Assembly (NCBI GenBank): GCA_001643675.2 | Contig: LSRY02000059.1 | Span: 186,001 to 250,000, forward strand | DNA: 64,000 bases | Direction: 5' to 3' | Source: Monocercomonoides exilis PA203 | Lineage: Eukaryota; Protista; Preaxostyla | Position numbers and translations under genes: made by a program | Shown here: piece by piece, positions 24,728 to 38,300 of the stretch | Position numbering within the stretch: the first letter of the stretch is position 1 | Layout: the number at the start of each line of letters is the position of its first letter | Notes under the pieces: model-generated | Told to the model about the DNA's origin: nothing | The model's database searches: none | What the model saw: the letters and a program-made list of their open reading frames with translations, nothing else

Positions 24728-26661
24728 ATGTACAGAACAAGAAGGTTTATATATTTTTATGTTTTTTTTTCAAATTGACAATGTTATCATTTTAAAGCAT
24801 GGATTATGAGGAAGAAGAATTTGGTTTAATTTGTCAAAATTATATTATATAGTTTTTTAAATTTTTTTAAATAATGAAATGGCTTTGCAATGAAATTTCA
24901 AATAAACTTTGCTTTAAAATAAAAAACAGAATCACACGATCCAAAGAATGGAGATTCGACAATTAATGATGAATATCAATCATTTACAACACGACCACCT
25001 ACAAAGCCCGCATCTGGATATTACTTATTTATAAAAGAAAAAAGGGGAGAGGTAATTCTTGAAAAGCTCAACATATGAAATTTGAAAATTTTTTATTTCT
25101 TTCATCTATAAATCGCTAATTTGCGTATTTATAAAAATAGGTTTCTCGACAACTTCTTTTGAAAATGAAAAAAAAGCCTACACCAAAAGAAGTTGTGAAG
25201 CAAATTGCATCAATGTGGAACAAGTTGACAAAAGAACAAAAAGAACCTTACAATAGAATTAGCAAAGAAAACACAGAAAAATGGAAAGAAGAAATGGTTG
25301 AATGGGAAAGAAATGGTTTGAAGAGCTTTTTTGTGCTTGTCTTTTGTGCCAGTTATTCAATATTTCAACAAATATTTTTTTGCTCGAAATAGAACTCATG
25401 AAACAGAAAGGCAATTCTCAAGTTAATGAACAAATGAATAAAGAAAATCACGATTCTTGTTTGAATTTAAAAAAAGGCCAACCAAAACATGTACAAAAAG
25501 TTAAAAACGAAAAATTTGACATATGGAAAGATGCAAGCAGTAATGGCAATTCTGGTGATGAAGAAGATGAAGAATCTGATGACGATGATTGTTGTGGTAA
25601 GAACATGTTTGTTAAAAAGGAAAACTACGAAGCAACCGATGCATCTTGCCAAGAGCGTAGACTGCGTGCATTGAATTTGAAAAATAGGAAAAACAGAGAA
25701 AGCCAAACCGAATCAACTTCCTTGAAAAAATTGCACCATGAAAACATGATGCTCACATCATTTGTACAATTCACACACAGCGTTATTGACAAGGTATTGA
25801 AATGATATTCACAGCAAATAGGGTAATTGAAACATTTGTGTTTATTCTTGCAAATTATTCGTTTTTAATTCTGCACATTTAATCTTTGATTCTGTATAAT
25901 TTGACAGGTTGCTGACGACATGATGTTTTCAAGTGAAATGTCTGACGAAGTGACGCCGAGGGCGTTGTTTGGGCGTATTGAAGAAATGTGGTCTAAACTC
26001 AACGAAACAGAGAAAAGCAAGTATTTGTTTAAGACTCAAAGCAAAGGAACAAGTAGAGAATCGGAAACGATACCAAATGTGGAAGAAAACGAAAGCAATG
26101 AAATTTCTTTTGATCGTAACAAAGAATCAATTTCCAAAGCAACTGAATTAAACCCGGCACCTTCTTCAGGAATTATGGACGATTCGCTTTTTTTGTCAAT
26201 ATCATCTCCACCTTTTTCATCATCATCATCATCTTCTTCTTCATCTCCTCCATTTCACAACACTTTATCATTTGATTCTCCTCCTTCCGCCAACTCTTCA
26301 GAACTTCAAACTGGCAAAGAAAAAACAGACACCCCCACAAATCAGTCACTTCATTCACGTCACTCACCTTCTGTTAGAAGACCCCCAACTGTCGCCCAAC
26401 TGAAAAAAAAGATTATCCAACTGCTGTCAGAAGTTTGAACTTTTTGCTCACAATTTTACAAGACAATAAAATGTATTCATTCATAATTCTTTATCAATTT
26501 TTGTGAATATTGCATTTTAGGATGATACAGAAGAAACGTTGAGTATGAAAGCTTTTCGTTTTCGACTTGAAGCAGAATTTGGAGTTTCTCTTTTGGATCA
26601 GCGCGCTTCCATCGAAGAGATTGTTAGAGAAATAACAACTCCAGACTCCAGTGGGCAGTGA
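24728..26661 (+). CDS. HMG-box chromatin protein (one clear and one degenerate HMG box) with C-terminal DEK_C-like domain
   Basis: Spliced PTKPASGYYLFIKEKRGE...EVVKQIASMWNKLTKEQKEPY; second box TSFVQF...IEEMWSKLNETEKSKY; C-terminus PTVAQLKKKIIQLLSE|DDTEETLSMKAFRFRLEAEFGVSLLDQRASIEEIV. Confidence 0.8.
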
Positions 26662-26986
26662 AAAAAGTCAATCAATTTAACACACATAGATGACATAAAT
26701 TGATTTTGTGAACTGCAATAGTATAACTTTAAGTTATATTTCAGTTTTGGAATTGGTTTTTCGTTTTCATGATTTTGAAGTTAGAAGGATTGAAAAAAGT
26801 TTATTTTCTTAAGAAAATAAATCTTTTATGATAAATACTTTTAAAAACAGAACATAAATGACTAAAATGCTTTCAAAGCTATTCCCTTAATTATTGTGTA
26901 TTGTTAAAACAGATAGCTAAATTTGAATTTTAAAGGAAATTAACTCACTTAGTGAACAGTTAATTTTTAAAACCTGAACATAAACA

Positions 26987-29900
26987 ATGAGTTTAAGCAG
27001 GTATTTCTTGCATAATTTTGTAATGATCCATATTAATTCTTACACATGCAATTTATCACTTCACGCGATTAGTGTACTAACACAACTTAAACAACGACTT
27101 GACCAAATTGATCGTGCTCCAAGTTCCTTGAAACATCAAAACCAGATCCAACAGAAAGAAAAAAAGTTTTTTCCGTTTTGTTTTAAAGAGATTATTTTTT
27201 ACAAACGTAATTTTTCTTTTCGAGAAGAAAACAAAAGAAAATAGATACAGCTCAATCTCAAGGATTTCCTTCTTTGCATCACTTTGAAACAGAAGAAGCA
27301 TATTCAGAGAGAATGAGAAATCAAAAAGACAAAAACGGACAATCGCGCAGAAGATTCAGAGAAAATCCCAACAAGAAACCACCACCACGAGTTCCACTTA
27401 TAATAACAGATAATTCCACGCATTATGAAGATGAGACATCCAAAAGCTTGGGACCATTTCCTCAACCAAGACCTCCAGTTATTGAACCAATAAGTCTTGT
27501 AGTTCCTCAACCACAATCTTCTGTTTCTTTTGAACAAAAAGAACAGTCTCGCAAGCAACAAGATTTAGATAAAGAGACAAAAAATAGCAATGCGTCTGTT
27601 GAATTTTTGAATAAGGGAGGGGCCTTTTCTTTTGTACCGAAATCGTTGAGAGCCTCAACAGCATTATCTCGAGAAATTAATGATTCATCACTTCCTCTTC
27701 CTATCCCATCTGCTTTTGCTTCGACCGCATTGACAACACCGCTTAACAAGGAGAGAGGACTATCGGAAGATGAGGATTATCAATCGGAACGAGGACCCAC
27801 TCAGAAAAGAAAAACAAAAAGGCACACAAGAAGAGATTCTTTTTATGAAAAAGAAACTCCTTCTGGAATACGATTTATTTATCCATCTCAATTAAAGCTA
27901 ATGAAAATGAAACACTATCTCATTCCCGAATCTACTCAAGTTAATTCTGTTCCACCACATCTTCAACGATTACATCCAAGCTCTCGCCATTCATCTTCAT
28001 CTGGATCTTCAACTTCTCCACAACGTCATCCACAGAATTCATCTAATCGACATCAACAAAAAGCTCATATACTTGGCTCATATTATCGTGAGCCTCGCCG
28101 TTCTCGCTCCGTTGCGTCTTTCAGACGAACAGGATCTGCACGCAGCAGAATTAACAGCGTGCCTCCACCTTCGAATGTGAAGCACTCTCCATACAGACGA
28201 GAAAGAACTGTTATGCTCACAAATGTTGACCCACAACGAGGACTCTCTTCGCACAAGGCCACACTGTGGCGACTGAAGGACGGAACGCTTCCATGGTTTC
28301 CGAGTGGAGGAGAGAAATGCAGAGGAGGATGGGGAAGAGAAAGTCATAACGAAGAAGGATGGAGAACAAGAAGAGAAAGGAAAGAAAGAGAAGAAGAAGA
28401 ACAGCGTAGATTAGAAAGGTGGAAGGCGAAAACGAGACAGAGTAAGCAGGAACAAAAAGGAAGAATATTGACAATTGATGACATGCTGAGAGAAATTCAA
28501 CAAATGAAGCCAAATATTCCACAGAATAAAGAGCACGACACACAGAACTATTCGGAATCTCTTCCAGTTCCCTCAACATTTCCTGATTTGAACGCAAAAG
28601 AAGACAATAAGCAGCCAGAGGTTACAAAACGAAAGAAAAAGAAAAAAATTAGAAAGAATAAATTGAACTGCGATGAAAATCCAAATCAACGCGAAACAAA
28701 TATTCAATTCACCACTGATGCTGCATCTGAAATAGAAAGAAGAGAAACAAACAATGCACGCAACTCAGCAATGACAATGAATTATATATACAGCTCTGAT
28801 CCAGAAACATCCTTATTCTCAGCTGCGCAAAATGAAGGCGGGACTGGTTCGATTGCATTAACAAATTCATCGCGACAAACATCAGCAGCTTCATCTTCAG
28901 CGAGCATAAAGGAAATTGAAGCGAATGTGTCTGCAACAGAATTAAATGATTCACTTTCGCAGACAAAATGCCAGTCATTGTCAATTCTTTCAACAGGAAA
29001 TTCTTGCCCCAATTCCTCCATTTTATCTTCAACGAATCCATCCTCATTCACTTCCATGCCTTCATCCGCCTTACAGTCTCCTTCTTTTCCAGCTGCAACT
29101 TTTGGCTCAAACTCTACTTATACTTCTGGCTGCCAACATAACGACGGAATGTGTTCGTGCAGGCAGGGCACATTTGGGGTGATGAGTGCGAAAGAAAAAG
29201 AAAAGAGGGAAGCAGAAAGGAGAGAGCAAGAACGGAAAATAGAAAAAGAAAAAAGAGATGAAGAGAAGCGAAAGATGGACATTCTGATATTTCGGCAAAA
29301 AGAGGAAGAACAAAAAAGTCAGGAAGAGTTAAGAAGAATTCAAAGTGCAGAAGAAGAAATAAGTGTACGACAACAAATGAAAGAGCGAGACAACAGATTG
29401 AAGGAATTTCTTTCTAAAAAGGATGAATCTGACGATTTGAAACGTTTCACAGAGGATCAACCAAAACACAACACGAGCTTTCAATCTCGACAAAATGAAG
29501 AAGTAAAACAACATTCTTCACTTGAAAATGAAGGTCAGCAAGCTGATGAACAACGATCTTTGCGTAACCAGAGAACTGAAAGACACAAACACGAATGTGA
29601 TTGCTCATGTTTCTGCAGATGCCCTTTGCACGAAAGGGATTATGATCGACAATTTCATTCGGCACACCATCTCCATTCTGATAATGTCTCACCTCATCAT
29701 TGTTGTCATCATCATCACCATCGCCATTCTCCTAAATATAACGAGCACCACTCTCAGTTCAGCGCGCACAGGCATTTATGCTCTTGTTGCCATTGCCACC
29801 AATCTTCTAAAACAAGATTAGAGAGTGGATACCATTCACCTCATTTTCACCATCGGAATAATCATCACGAATGTGAGCATTCTCACCAACACGGCCAACG

Positions 29901-31980
29901 TAAATCGGATGACTTTCATTCTCAAAGCCGTTCATCTCACAAAGAACTTCATTCTCATCACCATCATCATCACATTTGCCATCATCGTTCTTCACGTTTA
30001 GATAGCAAAAGAGAACATCTTCCAGAAGAAATTCGTGACTCTGAATCTCCAGTTAGTACAATTTTGAGAAATAACTCTTCAACTTCTCCTGATTCTGCTA
30101 CTTCAAGTTATTCACACTCTCCGACCACTTCATCCGTTGAACCTTCACACTCCATACACACTTCTCATTGTTCATCTACTCATCGGACTTTATCTCATTC
30201 AACTTCGCGAGCTTCACAAAAGAACGATTCTTCATTTGCTGAAGACAAGGAGGTGCAGACACAAGATCAGATTTCGCAGCAGTTTGGCGTTGAGAAACTG
30301 ATAAATAGCATTTCTTTACCAGAGCAACATCAGATTGACAATCAGCACATTACAGACAATTTGACCAATAGAAGAAATCAAAGCCAAGATGATTTATTTA
30401 CGAATAAAGAAAAGGAGATCATAGCAGATGATACAACGGAAGATTCAGATTCTCATCATGTTCAAGTTCCTTTGACGACTCATCAAATGCAAAACCCCAA
30501 GGAGCAATGCAAACAACAAACAATGCAACCATCAAATGATTCAATCTCCCGTACAACTCTTCAAAGCCCAATTGAAAACAAAGTTCGAGAAGATAGTAAA
30601 ATCGAGAGTGAAAACGAGAAACTTAAAGAAGAAGAGGAAATAAAATCTGGTGGACAATCCAACTTTGACAATACAGATACCAAAAATGTGGTACCTTCTT
30701 CTGAATTACTCCCATCTTCGGAGCAACATCAAGGGAGCAAAGTTACACCTTCACTGTCTTCTTTTTCTTTTGTCCAATCGTCAGAATCATTGAATCAAAC
30801 AAAACTGCAAGAAATAAATGATGAACGCCCTTCGATGCAATCTCTGCACTCCTCAAAACCTCTTCAATCTGAAAGTCTTTCAAAAGAGGAGAAAAAGGAT
30901 ACTGAAATGCCTTCTTTGCTCTCTTCTCCCATTTCACCGTCATCTTCCTTTGTATCTGCTTCTCCTCATTCATCAGATCTGATTGAAAAGAATTCGCAAC
31001 AGTTTCAAATCGAAGTAAACGAAAAACTTGAAGAGCATTCAAATGGTCAAAAATTGATGAACGGAGATGGCTTTGCTCGTCAATCTTTTCCTGTGCAGCA
31101 AGCATTTGGTGAAGAAAAATACGATAAAGGCGCACCGAATACACAAAAGGATGAAGCTTTTTCAGATCATAAAGCACTTCACACATTGAAGGAAACCGAA
31201 AAAGCAGAATCAAGAAATAGAGAGGAAACAGAAAATGAAGAAGAAGACTTTGATGAAGAAGAAGAAAGCGAAGAAGATTCGGATGCTTCGTGCTGTGTAA
31301 ATGTGAATGGAGATGTTTCTGTTTCTCTTTCATCTCCAGTTGAAATAGTGCACTCAGTATTTACTGTTCCTACAGCTGAAATCTTGCACCTCTCTCTTCT
31401 TTCTGCACTCGAAAAACAAAATAAAGAACAAATACTACATGAAAATGATTCACACAACAACAGTTATGAACGATCGCAAAATCATTCAACGTTGTTGTCA
31501 AATGCTTCTGCGAGTTTTCAAAATTCTTTGAGAGAGAAAGATAACTCCCACACATCATCTTTGTTGGCGTCAAACTCTTCTCACTTCACAAATAGTCCTC
31601 CATTGGAATCGATATCTTCTTTGCTTGTACCAAAACCAATTTCCAAACCTTCACACATTCCATCATCATCATCATTTATCTCTTCGCAAGGAATTGATTC
31701 AACCATCCCTTCTCAGTCAACAATTCAAGCACATTGCAGCAGAATTTTTGCTGAACAGAAACAGCTAAAGCATTCAAACACTTTACATGAAGAAACTGAT
31801 GACGAGCTCACAGATGACTCAATGACTTCATTAGAAAACACTTCTCAACTTCCTCACTTCTCTCTTTCGGTATATTCAACAGCTCCTTCATCATCTTTAA
31901 ACATGGAGGAGATCCCAGCACATGCTTCATCTTCCCTAATTCAGGAACATTCTGTACATTCACCTTCTTTGGGATTATAA
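26987..31980 (+). CDS. Large low-complexity protein with coiled coils and a His/Cys-rich segment
   Basis: 1568-aa open frame 27274-31980. Two short upstream exons from ATG 26987 are inferred from splice phases. No known domain recognised. Confidence 0.7.
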
Positions 31981-32315
31981 AAAAATATCATTCCTTTTGG
32001 CACTTCATTTGTATTTATAAAAGTAATACATAATGTTTCATTGAAAATGAAAAGATCTTAATAACTTTCTTAACAAATTACAAAGAGAGCTAATCGTCTA
32101 ATCTAATTGAAATAACACGAAAAAGAGGAAAAAAAATTGTATAAACCGTTAAATAATCAACAAAGCATCATCATGCTCTTAACAAAAACAAATAGATAAA
32201 TATTGGTAATATAAATAAATTACATGTAAAGTGTTCAAAACACATTAATTTTAAATGTTCAATTCGTTGAATAAATTTCATTTGGCAAATTTCACAAAAT
32301 ATAAGCATTTCAACC

Positions 32316-35300
32316 TTACCAAAAGATGCACCAACCAAGAAACATTGGTGCAAGGTTGAGCGGAGACTGAGCTTCTTCCATCAGTTGCTGCACTTGCGTT
32401 TCCACAAAAAGAGAACGAGGAGACTTTTGAGTGATTCCCTTGAGTTTGTTCGAGATTCGACCAATTTCCTGCACTGCTCTTTTATTCAATGCATCTGAAG
32501 CCTGGAAGTCGGATGCATGTGGGATGTCGTTGGGAGGCAGCGGTCGTGGGAAGTTGCGTGCTGGCTCTTCTGTGTCATCGTCTGTCGCTTCTGCTGCCTC
32601 ATCCGTCAATTGTCCTTCTTTTTGCCCACCAGTGCTGTCTGCAACAGTGCTGTTTCTTGTTGATGGTGGAACAATTGAAGACGATTTTTGAGGAATGCTC
32701 GTATCTTGTTGCACTTCGTTTTGTTGATTTAAAGCTCTTTTCTCATCTTTTGCAACTTGGCTATCATTTATTGTAGATAGTTTGTCTTTGTCAATTTGCT
32801 GTTGTGGTTGGGCTTGTGATTGGGTAGCTTTTGATTCTTCTTCTTGTTTCTCCTTTTGCTCCTCATTTTGCTGCTCTCTTTGGTTCGTTTTCTGCTGTAT
32901 CGTCACAGCATCTTGATCAGCAGCACGCCATGATGTAAGAGGGTCATATAGAAATGCTTCAAGTAGCATCATCAGCGAGGCTGAGTTCTTTCTCAGAAGA
33001 GAGAGTGAAGTTACACACGCCGATCGAAATGTCCCGTTGGGAGAGTGCAATTCCATTGCATTCACAAGCATTCGAGTCAAACGGAAAGGAACACGCTCCG
33101 GAGTTTGCCTTCGATTGATTGCCACATCGAAGCAATCACCATAGTCAATGTGAACAATGCTTCCGGTTGAGCGGTTGATAAGAATGTTACTCGGATGCCT
33201 GTCTCCCAGTCCAATCACATAGCCAACTGCAGACATGGACGCAAGAGATCGGGTGAAATAAGTTCGCCGACGCAGCCAATCGGCAGCAGATGATGACTTA
33301 TTGAAAAGAGTGTGATACAAATCAGCGCCGGTGGTGGAATCGATCACATGCTCAAAGAAATCCACATTCTGCATAAGAGTCAATGCATCGTACTCTTCCT
33401 GCCTCGAAAATGTCAACCTCTTTTCCAGATCAGGCGAAATATGCATTGCATCTCGATACTCTCGCACCAGTGACACCATCGAGTCACAGTTAGGAACCCA
33501 GCCAAGAAGTCCAGCATTTGGAGACAAAGGAACTGCCACATATCTTGCAGCTCTGAGCGACGAAAAGCCATCCACTTCCCGTGGTGAGTATTCGCGGCAG
33601 TTCGCTCTGTCAACAACAATGCAATTGAACAATCCCAAGAGCTGCATCATTCGTTCATCCAGACGGATATCTTCATGCCCTTTCAGAAGAAACGGATAAA
33701 CGCATCCATCGCTTCCTTTCATTTCAACTCGCCTTGGATGTTGCTTCGAGTGCAACACTTCAACTGATGCTGAGAACGAATCAATCATCACAGGATCCTT
33801 TCCAACACGATATGTACCTGGTATGCACAATGACAAATTCGATGCTACAGCCAAAGCAGGTGCATATGAATCCAAACGAATCTCTTTCAATTGTTCTTGT
33901 TCTGACCTGCATCTCTTGAATATGCTATCCAACACTGAAAGAGCAGGGGCCACATCAATTTTGTTCTGCAGCGCCTCAAATTTTTCCAAAGAATCACGAG
34001 CAATCTCTAAGTCTGCATCAAACCGATGGTGGAATGCAATGTCTGCTTCTGCATATCTCCTGCGCTCAGAAGACGCATACTGTCTGAACAACCTGATAAG
34101 CATGCGATTGGTGTCTTTATCCTGAAGAAAGATTCGCTTGGCCTCTGCAATAGTTTCTGCCCATCCTTCAAAAAGTGTAACTGCAACTCGAATAAGCTCC
34201 GATGATACAAGAATTCCATCAGACAAAATGCTAATCGGGATTTGCGCTAACAAAGAGATGATTTCTGATCTTTGTTTAGGAAGTGCCGCAAGATGCGTCA
34301 CCAAAAGAGGAAATACAACCACCTGTGGATGAGTCCGTGCAAACAGAGCCATGAAGCTATGAACATGAGCATTTGGCGTTAATCCTGGTGAATAAAGTCG
34401 TGCAACAAGCTGAGGCGTGCAGAATAGCCATAGTTCTGAGGGAATATGTGGAAGTGTCTCTACAAAAATGTTGTTTGCTTCTGTCAGATCACCAAAACGC
34501 ATCCACAGACTCAAAAACGTCAGTGCATTTTCCAACATGGATGCGAATGGAACCCGCGACTTTTGTGAAGACTGTTTCACAGAAGCATTCGAAGAGAGCG
34601 AATACGTTGACTGAGGAATGTTTTCTGTGCCTCCCACCTTCAAATCGTATATCGATGGTTTGATGAAAGCGGATGTAAATGAAGGGAGAGATCCAGCAAT
34701 GTCAATAAGCAGTGCAGCAGCTCTTCCACGGAGAGCAGCCAACGAAAATGCAACAACAGGAGACACATCGAACGATGTAACAGAGTTGACAAAAGTAGAT
34801 CCTTCACCGTCTTCTGAAGTTGAGTGCAGTTTATGTTTCTGGAATTGCTGCTCTGATGAAGATGGCAATGTGGATGTTGATAATTCGTTAGCAGATGGCG
34901 GGCAGGCAGATGCTGATGTGGCATTTGTAAGAAGCGCAAGAAGTGAATGCTGATCTCCGTTTTTGTACTCTTCCAGACAAGCCGAACAGAAGCTTGCCCA
35001 TCGCTGCCATCCTTTGCTCCAAAATGGTGCGATTGAAATCACTTCTTCCAGCTGGCGAAGTGCCACAAATGATGGATGGGAGAGAATGATGCGCGAAAGT
35101 GTGGAAAGCTGAGGGGATTGATGTTGCTGTTGAGGAGAAGCTGCCACAGGCGATGAAGCCTGAAAAACAGAAGGCAACGAAGAACTGCTTGCTGCTTTAG
35201 TCGAAGCAAGTCCTGAAGAAGACTCTGCACAATTGAATGGTGGAATAGTTGAGAAGAGAGAAAGTTGCAGAGGTATTGTTGTTGTTGAAGGAACAGAAGT

Positions 35301-38300
35301 TGACTGGTTGAGTGGCGGAGTGAACTGAAACAGAGGAGAAAGCGGAGGTGTGAGAGAAGACGAGATATGATTGTTTTTCTGCATTGATACAAACCTCAAA
35401 GGAGAAGGAGCAATGCGAGCTTGTAAAGAGCTTGAGTCAGCAGGTGCCATGCCAGAATCATTAGCAAGTGCGATAAATGGAACAAGAGGAGAAGACAGAG
35501 GCGCCAGATCAGAAGGCAGTGATTGGACTGGAGAAAGAGAGAGAATTGGGCTTTTTGTACTGGTTGGGATAGAGGAGATAAGCTCCGAAAGCTTCGGAGA
35601 TACAGATGGCGCAGTTGTACGGTAGATATTCGCCCATCGAAAGAAGCGGTGAATGCCTTTTAGTCGAAGCGCTGAGTCTTTTGCTCGGCAATCTTGGACT
35701 GCTTTGAGAAGAATGGAGAGAACATTGATTTGTTGTGAGTCATCAAGTGGCACATTCCGTCGAATAGCTTTACGTTGGAAGCTGTTGCTGAACGAAGACA
35801 TCATTGAACTCTGTGCTGACGAAGATGAAGATGATGCAAGAGCAAAAGCAGATGATTGTTGCATAGCTTGATTCCACATCTCTTTGATTAACAAATGTGA
35901 GGCCACTCCCTTTGATCCGGTCAAAGGTAAGCTTTCTGGCATTTCTGTGTCTGAAATACCAATAAGTCTACGGAGAAATGACTGCGGATAGATTGAGCTG
36001 GACTGCTTCCACTCTTGTGATCCGTAGAAGAATGTTCCGGCTGGCTCGAATGCTCTGATGCGCTGTGTTGGTGAGTATGCAAGTGAGTGGATCAACGACA
36101 ACGTCTGCGACACATCTGCTGATGGATGTGTGAACTCTGCCCGATCTGCCCATCCACGTTGTATTTCACCCCTACGCTCTTCTGATATCTCTGGCAGCCT
36201 CATCATTGCTGCATCACTCATCTCAATCAGAAACTGCAGCTGAAGAACAAGGTCAGCTGGCGTGGCTGGCTGCTGCTTCTTTTTCAGATAAGTCACTTTG
36301 TTTTCATCTGTTTGCGAGGGAAATAGCTGATTTGCAACAATTTCAGCAACTGCACACGATTGTGCTTGAAATCCTTGTAAATCGCCTGTGAGAATGTTCT
36401 GTATTGCCAAATAGAAAGATTTGAGGAATTTCCATTGATTGGCCACAAGTGAAGGTTCCTTTGCCACAACAAACAGTGCTGTTTGTATCAGTTCAACAAG
36501 TGTGCCTATTGCAGGTGCATCCTGAAGGATAGCAGCAGCTGAAAGGCCAAGCTCTCCAATATGATACAAACACCTAGCCACAAAGCTTGGATGAATCTTC
36601 TTCTGCAAAATATGAATGATCGACAGAGAATGGGCTGAATTAGCAGCTGACTGTGTGTTTGCCTGTGCTGTTGAGACAGTCAGCGATTCTTCGCTAAGCA
36701 AAAGTGCTTTAAATAGTGCTGTCACTTCCTCAATAACCTCTGAGAACTGGGCATGGATCATGTACTGGTTGACGATTGCGTATCTGTAGAGCAGTCCACG
36801 CATTGGCGAGAATGTGCGTGCAGACGGCTGAGTCGGAGAAAACGCTGCAATTGCCTCATCCCAATCACTCAGATGGAGCATCCAGTTCTGAGGCGTAGAA
36901 AGACCAAAGGTGGGGCGAATGGCGTTCAATAGAAGGTTCGTTGTGGAGTTCTCGTTCAGCAAATGCGAAAGAGAAAGAAGTGATTCACTTGCCATTGCAG
37001 TCTCAGTGAGTGGAAGCATCCCTCCCTTTCTGCTCATGTGGCTGGACTGATTTCTCTGCTTGTGTGCATTCTGTGCTCTGCGGAGCTTTGTCGTGATTGA
37101 CGATATCCACTCTTTGCTATGACGAAGGCGGCTTGTTGTGTCAAACGTGAGCGAAGGAGGAGAAGCAGAGAATGTTGAAGTGCGAGATTTGAGTGGGATG
37201 ACTTGGGCAGGTGGTTGAGCAGCCCCAGCTGTTGAGCTTTGCTGACGGCGCTGTGCTGTTTGTTGGGCATCAGATTCCGCTTTGTCTGTATAAATATGTT
37301 GCCCCATTTGCATATATTCATTTCCTGACAGCTGAGCACCTTGACCAACTTTTGCATCTAATGCAGGATCTCTCACAGAACGAGAACCATCACTCAAATT
37401 ATTTGATTGCGCGTTTGTTTTATTCAGTGTCTCTTTTGAAGCAATTTGCTGGCGTTTTGCCGGATGATCGTTATTTGTTTGTTGATGATGCTGCTGTTGA
37501 GGCTGAGCTTGAGCCATTTCAGGTGGTGCTCTGATTGCAAACAGCTGCTCAAATACAGTCATCAGCGGAATTGGCTGGTAGATCAGTCCGCCTGAATCAG
37601 AAAGCGAATGAAAGCGAGTTGTGATGAACTGCTTGTGCTGATCAAGAACCTCATTGAGCTGCTCGTATAACTGTCGCACAGTTGGAATCGGTGGCTTTTG
37701 TCTTTTCTTGAAGGCACGCTGCTTTTTCATCACTTTTCTTGCACGATGAGTGATTTCTTTTTTTCGAGCCTCCTTTTTGCGTATCTGTTGCTCTTGGCTC
37801 TGATCTGGCTCGTTTCTGCTGTTGGTAACTTCTTCCTGTGCTGCAATGAACAAATAGTGTCTCCATCGTGTTGATCCCTTTGTCCCCAATCCCAATCCAA
37901 ATCTGCTCATCAAATCAGCAGAAGCAGTGTTTCGAGAGGCAGAAGACGAAAGAATGGCAAATGGAGATACATTCATTGCAGAAATGTAGAAGTTCGAAGA
38001 CGCTGAAATTGGTGTGTGGCTGCTGAGGCGCTGATGATGCTGAATTATTCTTTGGATGTGTTCCTGATGGAGATAAGAGTCAATTCCACTCCACACGTGA
38101 GTCACCTTGTGCTTCAGTTTTCTCGGCACAATAAGAGTATTTGATGCTTGCAAACGAGACGAAAGTGATGAGTTTATTGGAGGAGTGTTGTTGTGCCCTG
38201 GTGTTGTCGCGCGAATAGACCCGTCAAAAAGATGAGGAAAAGCGCGACGGAAGAGTCTGACGCATTCCGCCCGGCGGAGCATTCGAATGGTGACAGTGTT

